Sequence record: PP261279.1
Source: Escherichia phage ECP2303
Length of the DNA: 64,000 bases
Strand: one strand, 5' to 3'
Both the position numbers and the translations under genes were made by a program. The notes under the pieces are model-generated. The model did no database searches. It had not been told where the DNA came from and worked only from the letters and a program-made list of their open reading frames with translations. Shown piece by piece: positions 63,405 through 64,000 of the stretch; the stretch's first letter is position 1; each line of letters begins with the position of its first letter.

Positions 63405-63780
63405 AGCAGACTCCTCTTCAAGTTATAGAAAAACTCACTGTATCGCTTTGTAACGAGCTTTTCTATCAAACTGGTGCGATTGCCTTACTTGGTATAGTTT
63501 ATATAGCTGTGGAGCGATTTAGGGGCCTTCTTGTCAGTTTCCACACATAAACTTTATCCGAACTCGCGCGGGAGGCTCTCAACCGACTCCTTCCGGCGCT
63601 GGCAAGCTTTCGTCGGTGGTACACATTAGTGCTCGGCCTTTGGCCTGCGCTATCGCTTCGCTCCCACACATGTTAACAGTCCTGCATGTATGCACTTCTG
63701 TTATTGTGTGCACTATGGAGGCCCGGCATCTCGCCCCTCGTAGGCGAGTGCCAATGAAGGGCCGACACTACCCATAATAA

Positions 63781-63900
63781 GTAATAAATTTAAAACATGG
63801 TACTTAGGATCTAGTATATTCTACATAAGTTAAGTATATGTACTTTAGTACCATAAGTACTAGATCTTTTATTTTTATTATTTAGTTATTTTAGTTATAT
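63781..63900. repeat. AT-rich region with multiple short inverted repeats
   Basis: GGATCTAGTA (63807-63816) pairs with TACTAGATCT (63858-63867); palindrome GTACTTTAGTAC; direct TTATTTTAG-like repeats. No ORF. Confidence 0.6.
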
Positions 63901-63907
63901 TCTTTAT

Positions 63908-63990
63908 GTGTCCGTATCACGGACAGTTAGTGTCCGTATTACGGGCAGATGTGTCCGCGTGACGGACAGTAGTGTCCGTATCACGGACAG
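63908..63990. repeat. Array of four tandem palindromic 19-bp repeats (GTGTCCGTATCACGGACAG) at 21-22 bp spacing
   Basis: Units at 63908-63926, 63931-63948 (degenerate), 63951-63969 and 63972-63990. Each is an inverted repeat TGTCCGT-N3-ACGGACA. The array runs to the window edge and may continue. Confidence 0.8.
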
Positions 63991-64000
63991 TTACTAACCT

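Noticed and set aside
63908-63990. Possible CRISPR array
   Set aside because: The repeats are 19-bp palindromes separated by only 2-4 bp, with no spacers of about 30 bp and no cas genes. They are operator- or iteron-like, not CRISPR.
1-64000. Prophage or lysogeny functions (integrase, CI-like repressor, attachment site) and host flanking genes
   Set aside because: No tyrosine or serine recombinase motifs, no repressor/Cro pair and no host housekeeping genes were recognised. Gene content and organisation indicate a virulent phage, not an integrated element.

Overview
This window reads as a contiguous piece of a virulent tailed-phage genome (Caudoviricetes), with no integrase, repressor or host genes seen. 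The gene content suggests a large contractile-tailed phage with a multi-fibre baseplate. No database search was possible, so all calls rest on motifs read from the ORF translations and on gene order. Layout: (i) 1-6657, a minus-strand early operon (rIIA-like GHKL ATPase, signal-peptide SleB-like cell-wall hydrolase, MoxR-like AAA+ ATPase, small unknowns) driven from a near-consensus sigma70-like promoter at 6698-6726; (ii) 6739-13481, a plus-strand early operon from a back-to-back promoter (acidic protein, metallopeptidase-motif+VWA protein, about ten small unknowns, a HAD-like hydrolase), closed by a bidirectional terminator at about 13495; (iii) 13528-60293, one long minus-strand late block in the order i-spanin/o-spanin, large terminase, portal, protease-like, scaffold, major capsid, neck proteins, sheath, tube, chaperones, tape measure, hub/spike, then an expanded fibre region (split tailspike, 1266-aa fibre with C-terminal S74 chaperone domain, lambda J-like 1279-aa protein, baseplate J-like, two paralogous P2 gpH-like fibres with one Tfa chaperone, a 581-aa fibre and a 1878-aa giant protein); (iv) 60716-61527, a minus-strand cluster of six tRNAs plus one atypical tRNA-like element; (v) 61624-63404, small minus-strand genes behind a strong sigma70-like promoter; (vi) 63405-64000, ORF-free DNA ending in an AT-rich inverted-repeat zone and four tandem palindromic 19-bp repeats. 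Most worth following up: the early MoxR ATPase / VWA-metallopeptidase pair, the combinatorial fibre module with embedded membrane proteins, the atypical tRNA-like element, and the palindromic repeat array.
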